Positions 26,079 to 37,328 of a DNA stretch of 64,000 nt are shown here, piece after piece. How positions within the stretch are numbered: position 1 is the stretch's first letter; every line of letters starts with the position of its first letter. The position numbers were made by a program, and so were the translations under genes. Below the pieces are notes generated by a model. It saw nothing but the letters and a program-made list of their open reading frames with translations, was not told the origin of the DNA and searched no databases. The stretch is from IMG/VR virus record IMGVR_UViG_3300012344_000011, positions 75,825-139,824 of that record; one strand, written 5' to 3'. Origin of the DNA: a virus (taxonomy: Duplodnaviria > Caudoviricetes).

Positions 26079-27668
26079 TTATCCACTACTCTCAATATTT
26101 CGTAGTGTTTTTTCAGACTTTTCATCATCTGGTTTTGGCGGTCGTCCTCCCTGATTGTCACTGGATGGCAAACCGGTCTTTTGCTTTTCATCATTATCAT
26201 TAGTGGATGCCTTATTTCCACTCATGGTAGATGACATTTGCGGCGGAACAAATAAATCATTGAGATCCATTATTTGATTCTCAAAAACGGCTGTTGCAAG
26301 AATGTCTGATTGAGAGTGTCCAAGAGCAACTTGAGGTAATAATTTGGAAAAACCAAGTTGTGTTTGTTCTTTGTAGATTTTAGAGAGATCTTTATAATTG
26401 TAAATTGTTGTTGGTAACATACCAACACAATACTTTAGTCTTTTAGCATTCTTATTGAAAGGAGCTAAAAGTCTCTCAGTATAATCCGCAAACTGTGATA
26501 ATAAATCATTCATTGTTGCTTCGTCATTTGCAATTGATTTATCTAACGCCGTCTGCCCATCTGTATTGAATTGCTTTTGGCTAACGCCAGCTTCATTATA
26601 AAGTGAGCGTTCAACTCTTTCAAGTTCATCAATAGACGAGGCATTACCTTTATCAGCTAAATCCGCAACATCAACATCCGCAAACGTTGTCAAAACATCA
26701 AGTCCAATAGCATCACCAACCATATTTACTACGTTGTTATGTAATGCATTAGCTTCTGCCACATCGAAGATTAAATCTCCATTTTTGTCAATTGGCATTT
26801 TCTGTATGATAAGTTTGAGAAGTTGTTGCTGCATTTTAACTTTGTCTAACTGCTTGGCTTCTTCCAAGTCTAAAATTGCGGGAATAACTGAAATGAATAG
26901 CGGCGCGTCACTACCACTTAAGTTAAACTTCACAGTTTTTGACGGATCTAATAGAAACCAACCAGCTTCATCGCCATTGAAATCTTTTTGCAAAGAACCA
27001 TTCTTATAGGCGATATAAGCTTTTTGAAATTCTTTAGGGAAACTCTTCAAAACTTTTAATCTGTAGATGTTGTCCGTAAAGCAAGCATCAAAAAACTTAA
27101 TATTAAACTCCACCGCCGCTATGCCGTTAACTTCATATCTTGAACGGCAGTAGTCGGCGGGTAGTTTCTGCAAATAAACGGCTGTTGGCTCATCAATAAT
27201 ATAGCCATAATAGCAGCCTTGTTTGATAACATCTAAAGCATATCTTCCAAAATTTCTCTTTAGTTTACAGTTATCTAAGTATGTACTAGCCTTCATCCAT
27301 CCTTCAATGACTTTCTCATCTTTTACTCTTTCATCATACCTATGTGGGGTTATGAACCAGTCATATCTGTATAGATAAGCCATGTAACGGCAAAGTCTTC
27401 CGTAGATACCACTTCTTAAAGCAAAGTATTCAGAAATACGTCTAAGCTCTGACACATTATTATTGTCAATTGCTCTTTCAATATCTTTTCTATCATATTT
27501 TCTCTTTCGTGTAGAACCTAGATAGTCGCTTACAATAGAAGAAGTAAGACTACCATTCAAAGACGATTGGCCTACCTTGATTTTGGAAAAATCAAGAGTG
27601 GCCTTCGTTGCTGTTGATTCGCTCTGAAGTCTAAAATCTCTTTGACTTCTATCTCTCAAAGTAGCCAA
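26079..27668 (-). CDS. Portal protein
   Basis: 529 aa after terL; C-terminal GGRPPKPDDEKSEKT tail typical of portals in this gene order. Confidence 0.8.
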   Translation of the reverse strand: MATLRDRSQRDFRLQSESTATKATLDFSKIKVGQSSLNGSLTSSIVSDYLGSTRKRKYDRKDIERAIDNNNVSELRRISEYFALRSGIYGRLCRYMAYLYRYDWFITPHRYDERVKDEKVIEGWMKASTYLDNCKLKRNFGRYALDVIKQGCYYGYIIDEPTAVYLQKLPADYCRSRYEVNGIAAVEFNIKFFDACFTDNIYRLKVLKSFPKEFQKAYIAYKNGSLQKDFNGDEAGWFLLDPSKTVKFNLSGSDAPLFISVIPAILDLEEAKQLDKVKMQQQLLKLIIQKMPIDKNGDLIFDVAEANALHNNVVNMVGDAIGLDVLTTFADVDVADLADKGNASSIDELERVERSLYNEAGVSQKQFNTDGQTALDKSIANDEATMNDLLSQFADYTERLLAPFNKNAKRLKYCVGMLPTTIYNYKDLSKIYKEQTQLGFSKLLPQVALGHSQSDILATAVFENQIMDLNDLFVPPQMSSTMSGNKASTNDNDEKQKTGLPSSDNQGGRPPKPDDEKSEKTLRNIESSG

Positions 27669-27677
27669 TGTCCCTCC

Positions 27678-28046
27678 TTAATAACTATTTATCAAGTTCA
27701 TTAGATAATCATAACTTAGCTTATTCTCTTCTGTAAAAGGAATCGTAATAAGTTTTAAGTTATGGTCTAAACAGTATTTTCTTTTTTTAGCATCATTATG
27801 CTGTTGACGATAAAGTCCTTTTGCCCCACCAAATTTGGGAATGGCCATATAATGTTGCCGTCCATTATATTCTATCAAGCAATCAAGATTTCCATCATCA
27901 TCAAATAAAGCGAAGTCAAACCGCAAATGCTTACCATTCTCTGCGGTCAAGTCATCAAATATATATTCTTCTTCAAAAGGAATATTTCCATATTCTAAGT
28001 AAGAATGAATCTTTCTTTCGCCTTCACTAGACAGCAAATCAATCAC
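27678..28046 (-). CDS. Vsr/DUF559-like PD-(D/E)XK endonuclease
   Basis: SEGERKI..LRFDFAL..LIEYNGRQHY..DAKKRKYC..LITIPF. Confidence 0.7.
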   Translation of the reverse strand: MIDLLSSEGERKIHSYLEYGNIPFEEEYIFDDLTAENGKHLRFDFALFDDDGNLDCLIEYNGRQHYMAIPKFGGAKGLYRQQHNDAKKRKYCLDHNLKLITIPFTEENKLSYDYLMNLINSY

Positions 28047-28133
28047 CTCCTTTAGAGAAGCAATAAACTTCTTTGTCTATTTGTATATAAAAATAGCAAA
28101 GATTGAATAATATTGTTTTGTCCATATTTTTTC

Positions 28134-31100
28134 CTAATTTTTAGATCCAATTTTAGTGAACAAAGTCATAGCACTCAAATCTCTACTTGCTCTTCCTTTT
28201 CCTTTGTCCTCTTGGAGCTTGCAATAATAAAGACCATAAATCAAAGCAGATACTTTATCGTGCTTGATTTTTGCGTTTGCGGGCTTGAGGATAATAGTTT
28301 GTCCCTCAGATTTATCAACCAAATTGGCAAGCTGTTCCCGCAATACATTAGTAAGAACAAAAGGCTTGAGGTATTCATTTCTTTTTTCAATAGACATTTT
28401 TTGCCCACTACTTTGAGACATAAGTTTGTTTTTAGCAATACTATCATCAATTAAGAATTTTAGTTTACCATGCTGCATCTGCGTTTGGCAATAAGAATAC
28501 ATTTCAGAGTTGAGAGTAGCGTTTGCCCGCATTAGATACATCGCATTATGAATAGTATCTGGCGTCTCAAAGTTTTTATATTTTCTTCTTCCTGTTTTAG
28601 GATCTGGATCATCGTTGATAACACCTCAGTTATATAAGACTTCTCCTGTTTGCGGATCTACTTGATCTGTTACTAAGAAGTCTACTAGACCTGTACCTAA
28701 GCCATTAGCGTCAACCACTGCTACTTTACAGCGGTACTGTTGGAAAATTTGTTTGATTCTAATTGCTTGTTGTCCAAAGTGTTCCGCATCAATTGTATAA
28801 ATATTCACAATTTTTTTGATTGGTACGCCTGTCAAAGATGGCATTACTTTGATCACTAAAATTTCAGTCGTACAATTGAAACGACCAACATCAACGCCCA
28901 AGAGGTAGTATATCTTAGGAGTGTTTTTACCCGAAGGAGTATATTCAGGTAAGTTGATAATGCGGTTGCGGTCAAACACTTCTGTACTAAAGAATGCGGC
29001 TTCCACATCTCCTGCTCAATTAGAGTTATATTCTCTTTCAAATGTTGCTTCATTGAACGTCATATAATCCAATATTTCTATTGGTACTGACTATCTCTTA
29101 CTTAATATTATATTAAGAAACCCTTTTCGAAGCACTTCTCACTAGTGCCCCTACTTCTGTAAACCAGAATAGTCGATACAGCTTCAATTATTCTTCATAT
29201 TTTTATAAATATGAAGAATAAAAGCTTGCCACGGGATTACCATATCATAAAGACTTAGGCTTCCCCGTTAGCTTATTTTAGTAAATAAACCCCGCTGAGA
29301 AACGGAAAAAGTTTTTAGGGCGCGTTCTTCTTTCACCCTCAAGTTTGAGGTCGCTAACGAAAGAGCCAGAGATAAGCTTTTCCGCAACTGGGATTCTCCA
29401 GTCTCCACCAAAAACAAAAGCCTGATCTGGTCTAGCAACCATTTGACACAACATTTGAATTAGTCTATCATAAGCATAAGTATTCTTATATCCCGCAGAC
29501 GTAACAAAAGTTTGCGCTTGGTTCAAAATTTCATTTTCATCTACACTTCCGTCTGGAAGTCTTCTAGAAACATTAAGAGTAGGAATAATAACTTGCTGTA
29601 GCATATCTTGGTCTAATGTTGCAGCTTCTTCCATCACATATATTCTACGTAAATCGCCAATTTACGCACGTTTTTAACTGCTGCATATCACTATGCAGAT
29701 TAGACTATATCTTCTTATATTTATAATATAAGTTCCCTTTTTCCACTATCAGTGGCTTATAGTGTACGATTTTCATCTAGTCGTTGAACCTTTTGCTATC
29801 CGCAACTTGGCTGCTGATTGTCTAATCTGTTTACTTTTTGAACTATCACGCTTACCATTTCTAGTTACGTTGTAGTGTAAACAGTCCTAAAGAGTTTCCA
29901 GCAATTAAGGGAATTTATTGAGCTGAGCTGATGGATAATGTTAACCCAGCTTGAAAACGACGTCCTCTTGTTTTATCAGAGCACGCAACATTTTCTATTG
30001 TTGAACCATTTTTAAAAGTATAAATTACGCTATCTTTTGTTTGTCTTGTGCGGACGGTGCCCATTCCACGTGTATCCCAAATAACTTCTTTTGAGAAAGC
30101 TGGAATAAGTTTACAAATTTCTGAAATTTTGTCACTCAAAATTGATGCTGACTGTTCCTTCAGTTCTGTTATCGCAAAGGCTTTTTATCCTTTACTTCTT
30201 ATACTTTTTTTCGTATAAGCTCGGCATATCTTTTCTTCCTATAAAGCAATAGGAGTCGCGGCCTCTTGGTAGGATTATATCTTTTCACCTACTATGCTCT
30301 GCCCCTGACTGTAGTTCCTACAGCCTTCGGTTCGGGTTAGCGTCTCAGCCTTCCCGCTTAGTTCCGCGATTTATTTTTACTAAATTACTTTAGTAGAGGG
30401 CAAGTTTAGTATTTTGACATTCTTTATAATTCAAATATTTTTGATATTTTCTATCTAAATAAACAGTTGTATCACTATAAATCAAATCTAAAAAAGCATT
30501 GATTTTTTCTTTATCTCCAGTTTGTATTCTATATGCTCCATCAGGTTTTTCATAATGAACTGGATATAATGAACAATTTTCAAATAAACCAACTTGGTTT
30601 TTCAACCCTTTCAAAAAATCTTGACTACCTAAAATATTCATTCCTAGCTTATTTGCATACCAGAAAGAGCCATCTCCATCAAAGTATCCTCTAAGAAAAG
30701 GTGCTAAAAAATTATTTGGAACTTGTTCTTCATTAGGAAAATTTTAGAATAAGACTTCTACGTGATACACATCCTAGCTTTACTAAGTCTTGATTTATTG
30801 TTTTATTTTTGAATTGATAACGAAAACCACTAAGATTTTCTCTATGATATATTTTATTGTTTCTTCCAATAAAATTTTTGAATTTGACAAGATGAAAATA
30901 ATCTTGCTCTTGTAGAGTTAGTTCAATACCATAGTCATAGTTTTTCCATTATGAATATATCCATCTGCTTCTAAGAATCCAAGTCAATAAGCTTTTTCTT
31001 CATTATCAATTATCTTGAATTTATTTTCATCAAAAAACAATCTAAGCACTCCCTTCACTGTCTATATATTTTTACCCTCAGCAACAGTGAACAAGTGCGC

Positions 31101-31412
31101 ACCTGGATACAAGATTGCTTTTATCATTAGCGACATGACAGAAAGAAATGACTTAGAATAAGCACGGCAGAAAACCGCATATGAATACTTGTGCCGCATT
31201 ATCGCCCGCAATGTAAGTCTTTGAAAAAAGAAAAAGTGGAAAGTGTTGTCAGGATTGAGACTGCATAAATAATCTATGAATCTGTCTGGGTATACTCTCC
31301 AATAGGCAATAGCATCTCTAAATTCATCTAAGTGTTGTAGAAGTAAATCTTCTGTAATCTCAATTTCATAATTGTCTGGATTTTGATTTTTCAGTAAATC
31401 TTTTAGCGCCAT
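28134..31412 (-). CDS. terL: Terminase large subunit, ~594 aa; exons 31074-31412, 29944-30160, 29335-29636, 28134-29060; TGA=Trp at 29016 and 28626
   Basis: Spliced protein has RAYSKS (Walker A variant), AEG|KEQSA, RGRRFQAG-L|MEE (Walker B), VTSAGYK, LEG|TFNEATFEREYNSN-W-AG, LGVDVGR, VVDANGLG and HDKVSAL. Confidence 0.92.
29061..29334 (-). mobile_element. Group I intron 3 of terL, no ORF
   Basis: P1 AGGGT/GCCCT with U.G, P10 GAACG/CGTTC, terminal G; core AACGGGGAAGCC, AATCCCGTGG, TATCGACTA, GAGATAGTC. Confidence 0.88.
29637..29943 (-). mobile_element. Group I intron 2 of terL, no ORF
   Basis: P1 AGCTGGGT/GCTCAGCT, P10 TCCATCA/TGATGGA, terminal G; core AATTGCTGGAAA, AATCAGCAGCC, TTCAACGACTA, AAGATATAGTCT. 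Confidence 0.9.
30161..31073 (-). mobile_element. Group I intron 1 of terL with a decayed LAGLIDADG gene
   Basis: Exon ends GGT, intron ends ...AACTG before AAG GAA CAG; core GCGGGAAGGCTGAGACGCTAACCCG and AAGATATGCC. Confidence 0.88.
30390..31040 (-). pseudogene. Frameshifted LAGLIDADG homing endonuclease
   Basis: EEKAY-W(TGA 30984)-LGFLEADGYI and FLRGYFDGDGSF, with frameshifts in an A5 run (~30943) and a T4 run (~30740). Confidence 0.75.
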
Positions 31413-32638
31413 TATTCAATCTCACCTGCCAACCGCATCGCTTCTTCCTCAATTTCATTTTCAAGATAACGAGAAAATTCTTCTGCCTCTTGATCTGTTA
31501 AGCAATTTGCTTCAGCTTCATCTGCTTGAGAAAGAATGAAGTCATCGTCTAAGAGATTGTCTTTTTGCTGCTGTTCTTGCTGTTGCTGCTCAAGCTTGTC
31601 GATATAAGATTCAATTAGATTACCAAGACCAAGCTCTTTCGTAACAAGATTGTAATTGTATTGCTTCATATCTTTGATACAGAAATCAATTTTATCTTGC
31701 GGGTAGTCATCTGGATTAGGAATATTGGGAATAATGCCACCCTTCTTCTCAACCAAGAAAACCAGCTGTCCAATAGAATCGAAGTCTTTTTGTTGATTTT
31801 CTTTATTTTGTGCTTTGGTTAGATTAGCTGATTTCCGCAATGAATCATAGGTAGAAGAGAAAGATTTATATGCGTTAGTGTCTCCTACTGTTAATGCTTC
31901 ATTCATTTTTAGATAGACTTGACAGATTTGCCGCACTACTGCTTTACTGTCTACATTGAGATCAAACGTTTGTTCGTAATCATGATACATCTGTTCCATT
32001 GACAACCACTGAGAAGGTTTATAATTATCACCCCATTTAGTCGCCATTTCAATTTTTTCATCTGCGGTCAAAGAGCTTAAAATTTCTTTTTCTCTTTCTT
32101 CTTTAGCTTTTTCCGCAGAAGTGTCTGAGAAAGTATATTCTTTTTCAGTATGATCTATACCTCTAGAGAGAGGGTTCAGAGTATTGAACTCTGCCTGAGA
32201 AATTTCTCCCGCGTCTAATTTCGTTTGAAGTTCCATAAATTCTTGTTGAGCTTCTTCTGAATTGACTGCGGCTTGTTTCTCAAGGCTTTTCTTAGTGCGC
32301 TCTTCTTCCAAGAGAGCAAGTTTGACTGTATCTGAGTAATTGTATTTTAGATATTGCGTCATATTCATCATCCGCAAATATCTGCCAAGGACTGATGCAC
32401 TTCCAAAAGAAAGCGGATTTTTGTCATAGGCTTTTTGCGCTTCATCTTTCCAAACTTTTTCAATATAAGGAACATCAAATTTTTCTAAGATTCATTTGAA
32501 AGTTTCAGGCTCGTCATTTTTTATATACATGGTTAGGCAACTTTTGCAAACAGGAAAGCGTGTGTGTTCACGTGTCATAAAGAAGTCTTTTTCAGGACGC
32601 TCTCTGCCGCATTGGTTGCAAACAATTCTTTCAGCCAT
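31412..32638 (-). CDS. Putative terminase small subunit with N-terminal Zn finger; TGA=Trp at 32492
   Basis: ATG at 32638 after AGGAGG; CNQC..CKSC; PETFK-W-ILEKFDVPY in frame with 31412..32377; stop overlaps the terL start. Confidence 0.7.
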
Positions 32639-33715
32639 TTATTCCTCCTTTGCTACTTGATTGCGGCAACACTTGCAAGCGGAATAATATCCATCTTTAG
32701 TTGTGTTTTTGCCAAAGAAGTAAGGATGCATTGGCTTGGATTTGCCGCACTTGCTACATTTTTTCCATTCTGTTGGGCGATGGGCAGAATAGTACCAAAG
32801 TACCCAGTCTTTGCGGGCTTGCTCTGCGATTAGTTTAGGAATGCGTTGACGCCAAATTGAAGAATAATATTGCTCACTATGTTCAATGCCGTCCAGCCGC
32901 ATCCTTTCTTGAATTTCTCTATTGGAAATGCCATCTGTCTTTCATAGGATTAGGTTGTAGTAGGGTGAGTCTTGCGGGAATAGCTTTGATATTAGATCTT
33001 CTAGTTCAATAAGCATTCACCGCACATCATTGGATAAGTGTTCATATGTGTCTTGTTTCAATTGAGAATAATTGCAGAGGAGATATGAAACGTGATCAGG
33101 CTCCAAGAGAGAAAGTTGAGAGTCAATAATAAGAGAACCATCTGGCCGCATCGTAATTTTTTCAGAGATCTCAGCGCAACGATCATTGAGGTTGACTGGT
33201 TTAGCGGTTGTAGAAGGCGTTCCCTTGAGGGATGCGCGAGTAAGGTATAGCTGTTGCCATTGTTCAACTATTTGTTTTTTGATTGAATATTTGCGGCTGC
33301 CCTTACTTTTATTTGCCATTGATGTAAGAGATTGAATGGTTGCGTACTGCTCTTTGAGTTGCGGGAAAGTCTCCAGTTCTTCTTTTGTAATTTTTTCTTT
33401 ACGATCTAAGAGTTGGTTCTTATCATTGTTGATAAGAGAGTGAAGACCATCTTCACCATTCTCAAGAGCATCTATCATTCCTTCGTATGAAGTTTGTCTT
33501 TTATTGATAGTAATTTCTCTATTCTTGGTAGTGATAGAATATTTAGTGTTACGTTCTTTTTTTGTTTGAGTTTTATCAGATATAAAGAGAAGGTAATTTG
33601 ATAAATATTCTAAGAGGTAAGGTGTAAGTTCTTCCTCTGGGGTTTTTGAAATGAAGTTTTCTACTTTTTTGACTCGCTCTTGCGGATCAGTGATTGAATA
33701 ATTTAGATAAAACAT
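32639..33715 (-). CDS. Putative DNA-binding protein with HTH-like region and C-terminal Zn ribbon; TGA=Trp at 33017 and 32942
   Basis: NDVR-W-MLIELEDL..LIL-W-KTDGISNREIQ joins the two ORFs; CSKC..CKCC. Confidence 0.7.
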
Positions 33716-34297
33716 TTATTCCTCCTTTACTACAATAAGTATAACACAACAGGTAGGAGGCTGTAAAGAAAATTTATAGACAAAAATAAAATTTTTTGTT
33801 ATTTTAAAAAGTTATTGGAAATTTTTTATACTTTTATTTTTTGTCTTTCATAAGCTATGTTTTAAAATTGCTTTTGGAAATTTTTTGAAATTGTATAATC
33901 CATATGTTACATTTTGAAATTGCTTTTGGAAATTTTTTGTGCGTGGTAAAAGACATTTACAAAAAAATAAAAATTCTGTCCTGATACACACCCCCTCGGT
34001 ATATAATATCATAGAGCACATATGCTTACAATCAAGAAATGCGATAATTAGCTTGCCATTGTATGTATCGTCTCGGAGAAATAATGGCAATCATCTAACA
34101 CCCCCGTCTACAAGGTTTATGCAATAGTTACCTTTGCTTGGCAAGTACAGCACAGTCCAGTAATAAAACACCTCCGACACCACTTGTATGTCCAAGAGAA
34201 AAGGGTAGATGTGCGGCAATAGCTCTAAGATGTAATGTGCAGTACATATGCTCTCTTTCTTTACATATTCATCTATCGCCGCAAGCATAAAGTGTCC

Positions 34298-34372
34298 GGT
34301 CGCGTGCGGTGTACGCGACCGAGTTTGCCATTGACAAACTCGGAAAAATTTTTGTCTAAAAAATTTTTTCGG
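34298..34372. repeat. Three abutting inverted repeats
   Basis: GGTCGCGTGC/GTACGCGACC, CCGAGTTTG/CAAACTCGG, CGGAAAAATTTT/AAAATTTTTTCG. Confidence 0.7.
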
Positions 34373-34393
34373 TGAGTGGCATTGATCGTCCCA

Positions 34394-34540
34394 TTACCGT
34401 TCACCGATTATTTGCTACCGTTCACCGATTACCGTTCACCGATTATTTGCTACCGCTCACCGATTACCGTTCACCGATTATTTGCTACCGCTTACCGATT
34501 ACCATTCACCGACAATTCACTACCGTTCACCGATTCGCTA
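34394..34540. repeat. Heptamer tandem array (~21 units) with a 35-bp higher-order unit
   Basis: TTACCGT TCACCGA TTATTTG CTACCGY TCACCGA repeated about four times. Confidence 0.9.
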
Positions 34541-34789
34541 TTGACAACCAGCTATTGAACACACAATGTCACGCGCCGCCAAGCGTTTCTCTGTCGCTTA
34601 CCAGCTGCCCTCCTTTGTCGCTTGCTGACTAGGTGAGTTGTGTGGGTTGTGTGGAGAGTGCTTGACTGTGCTTACCTTTAGTGGTATCATGTAGTTGAGT
34701 GCTTTATTGATGATGAATGCACGCTCATCTAAAGCGTCCAATGAGGGCGAAATATTATCGCACCCATGAGAAAGATTGTCAAGAAAAAT

Positions 34790-35142
34790 TTTGTGGAGAT
34801 TATGTGTAGACTATGTGTATTTATTGTGTGCCTATTGTGTAGATTGTGTGTATTTATTGTGTAGACTATGTGTAGTTGTTATGTTTATTATGTGTAGAAA
34901 CTATCCAATGAGGGCGAAATATTGTAACACGCACCAAGGAAAAAGTCAAGAGATTTTCTCAACTTTTTTATGTAGATTCTATGCATTTATTGTGTTTGTT
35001 CTATGTACTTATTGTGTAGCTATTATGTTTATTCTATGTAGACTATGTGTAGTTATTATGTTTATTATGTGTAGCTATTGTGAGTATTGTATGTGATTAT
35101 TGTGTTTATTATGTGAAGTTATTATGTAGGTTATGTGTAGAT
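34790..35142. repeat. Degenerate ~11-bp periodic GT-rich arrays in two blocks
   Basis: TTATGTGTAGA CTATGTGTATT TATTGTGTGCC TATTGTGTAGA... Confidence 0.85.
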
Positions 35143-35526
35143 ATGTAACGTGAGCTTGGTAAGTGGACGAAATATTGTAGCACACGCCAAGAAAAAAGTC
35201 AACAACAAATTAGAAAAAACAAAGAAAAACTTTTTGCATTTATTTTGTTTCTAAGGGTTGATCACTTTGCCCAAGTGTGATACCATTAGACTGATACTCT
35301 TTTTTGCTCCGCGCGGGAATTTATCTTTAGTTTTTGTATTAGAAAGAAGAAAAGACTAATTGTGATTTTTTGTGAAAGAAAAATATTTTTAAGATTTTTA
35401 TTTGACTTTATGGTACAATGAAAGGTTAGCACAATTTTCAAGGGAATAGCAATTTGCCGCAATTATTTGTTGACTAAACAAAAAAATAGTAGTATAATTA
35501 AGCTTGAAAGATAAAGGGGTGAAGAA

Positions 35527-35976
35527 ATGGAAGAACCTATTGTTTATGTGCTTGTTGGTTGCCCTGCTTGCGGCAAGTCTACTTTTGCAAAAAGCTTTGA
35601 TAATGATACTATCGTTATTTCATCTGATGCTATTCGTGAAGAACTCTATGGAGACGAAGCAATTCAAGGAAACGGCAACGAAGTTTTTGGCTTATACTAT
35701 GATCGTGCAATTGCCGCTATTGAAGATGGCTACAATGTAATTCTTGACGCTACAAACGTAACGCGCAAAGCAAGAAAGAATATTTTCTCTACTTTTGGAA
35801 AGAGTAATATTGACTGTAAATTTGTTGCAATTTGTTTTGAAAAAGAGCTTGATGTTTTGCTAAAACAAAATGCAGGAAGAGCAAGAAAAGTTCCTAGAGA
35901 AGTAATTGAAAGAATGTATAATAATTATGTGCGCCCGGTAGAGCAAGAAGGGTTTGACAGAATAGTTTTTATGTAG
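35527..35976 (+). CDS. AAA_33 / polynucleotide kinase-like P-loop kinase
   Basis: VGCPACGKST, ISSDAIREEL, ILDATN, terminal EGFD. Confidence 0.85.
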   Translation: MEEPIVYVLVGCPACGKSTFAKSFDNDTIVISSDAIREELYGDEAIQGNGNEVFGLYYDRAIAAIEDGYNVILDATNVTRKARKNIFSTFGKSNIDCKFVAICFEKELDVLLKQNAGRARKVPREVIERMYNNYVRPVEQEGFDRIVFM

Positions 35977-36440
35977 TGAAATATTGTAACACTCTAGCCA
36001 AAATGCTTAGAGTTGGGCGAAATTATACCACGCACGCTAGAGAAAATCAAGAGAAAAGATAAAAAAGTTTTTTATTTTTTAGTATTGACACGTTATGCCT
36101 GATACTGTATCATGTACTTGTACCCAAGAGAAAGTTGTTTATTCTGCTTATGCGGCAATTGAAACTTGTTTTGAAGTACCTGAAAAGTATGAGTTTTACT
36201 TCAACAAAGATTCTATTGATTGGACAGACGAAGAATACAAACTTTGGAAAGAAACAGACTTTGATTGTTGGGTTGAAGATGCATTCTATGAGAATGCAAA
36301 AATCAAATCTGTTTTGCCCGAAGATTATGCTCTAGAAGAAGTCGTTGTTGAATAAAAGATAAAAAGTTTTCAGAAACCTCTTGCAAGAGCAATGGGTTTC
36401 TGTTATACTAAAGAAGTAATCAAGAGAAAGGAAATGACAA

Positions 36441-36629
36441 ATGATTAGAAAGATAAATTATTATGATACTTTGCTTGAACTGTTCCCTGACCACGAAGAT
36501 GCTCTAGAGCTTTATTTCAAACTCACCTCAGGAAGCGACTTGGAAAAAGCAAATGATATTTGTTGGTACTATTGCGGAATGGACTTTTGGCAAGTGCTAG
36601 AAGAAGATAAAGTTTGTTTCAATGACTAA
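36441..36629 (+). CDS. Small hypothetical early protein
   Basis: Own promoter (TTGCAA..TATACT) and AGAAAGGA RBS. Confidence 0.55.
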   Translation: MIRKINYYDTLLELFPDHEDALELYFKLTSGSDLEKANDICWYYCGMDFWQVLEEDKVCFND

Positions 36630-37328
36630 GCAAAACTAATTGTGTGGAAAATGTGCAGGAGAAAATTCTCTTGCACCTGACCGCGCATTATGGTATTATG
36701 TAGGTGTCGAAAGGAGATAGGAAATTGAGAAATTGAAAAGACATAGAAACGGGGATTGTACTTAACCAAAGGGTATTGCGAGAGAGCGTAGTCCGTCCTA
36801 AAAAATAAGAAGATTTTATGTAGACTATTGACGCTTCGCGCTATCTCTGCTACGCAGAAAAAACTTCTATTTTCCTATTGCATTTGTCTATTGGATAATG
36901 TAAAATGTAACTGTACCCAAGAGAAAGGGAAAATGGATACTGTTATTTGTCCTAAGTGCGGCAAAGAAGTAAGAATGAAAGCACGACATTATTTTAATGC
37001 CTAAGTTTTCTAAAAACTTTTAGAAGTTTTCCTTGCAAGAATAAAAAGTTTCTGTTATACTAACAGTATCAGAAAGAAAAGGGAAAAAATGAAACAAGGT
37101 TTTACGCTTCAAATTCTTGACAAGAGCGGTTGTGCTATTCGCCGCAAATGGTTCTTGACTGTTAGCGCGGCTAATGCTTGGCTAGATTGGCAATACCCGC
37201 ACAGAGATGAGCTAGGATATTCAATTGAAATTTTCTATGACTAGAAAAATCAAAAAAAACTTTTAGAACCCCTTGCACAAGCAAGGGGTTTTTGCTATAC
37301 TAATAGTGTCAGGTAAGAGAAAGAGGAA

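Noticed and set aside
75-33715. TGA as Gly (table 25) or selenocysteine
   Set aside because: Motif positions require Trp; the sites are not Cys-type catalytic positions and no common SECIS-like hairpin was seen.
34372-35096. ORFs 34372..34632, 34376..34558 and 34776..35096; also a CRISPR reading of these repeats
   Set aside because: They are translations of 7-bp and 11-bp tandem repeats with no RBS and no unique spacers.
36095-36355. 86-aa ORF as given in the ORF track
   Set aside because: Its ATG lies inside a promoter upstream of the CCAAGAGAAAG leader. The acidic body looks coding but lacks a proper start, so it is probably a truncated remnant.
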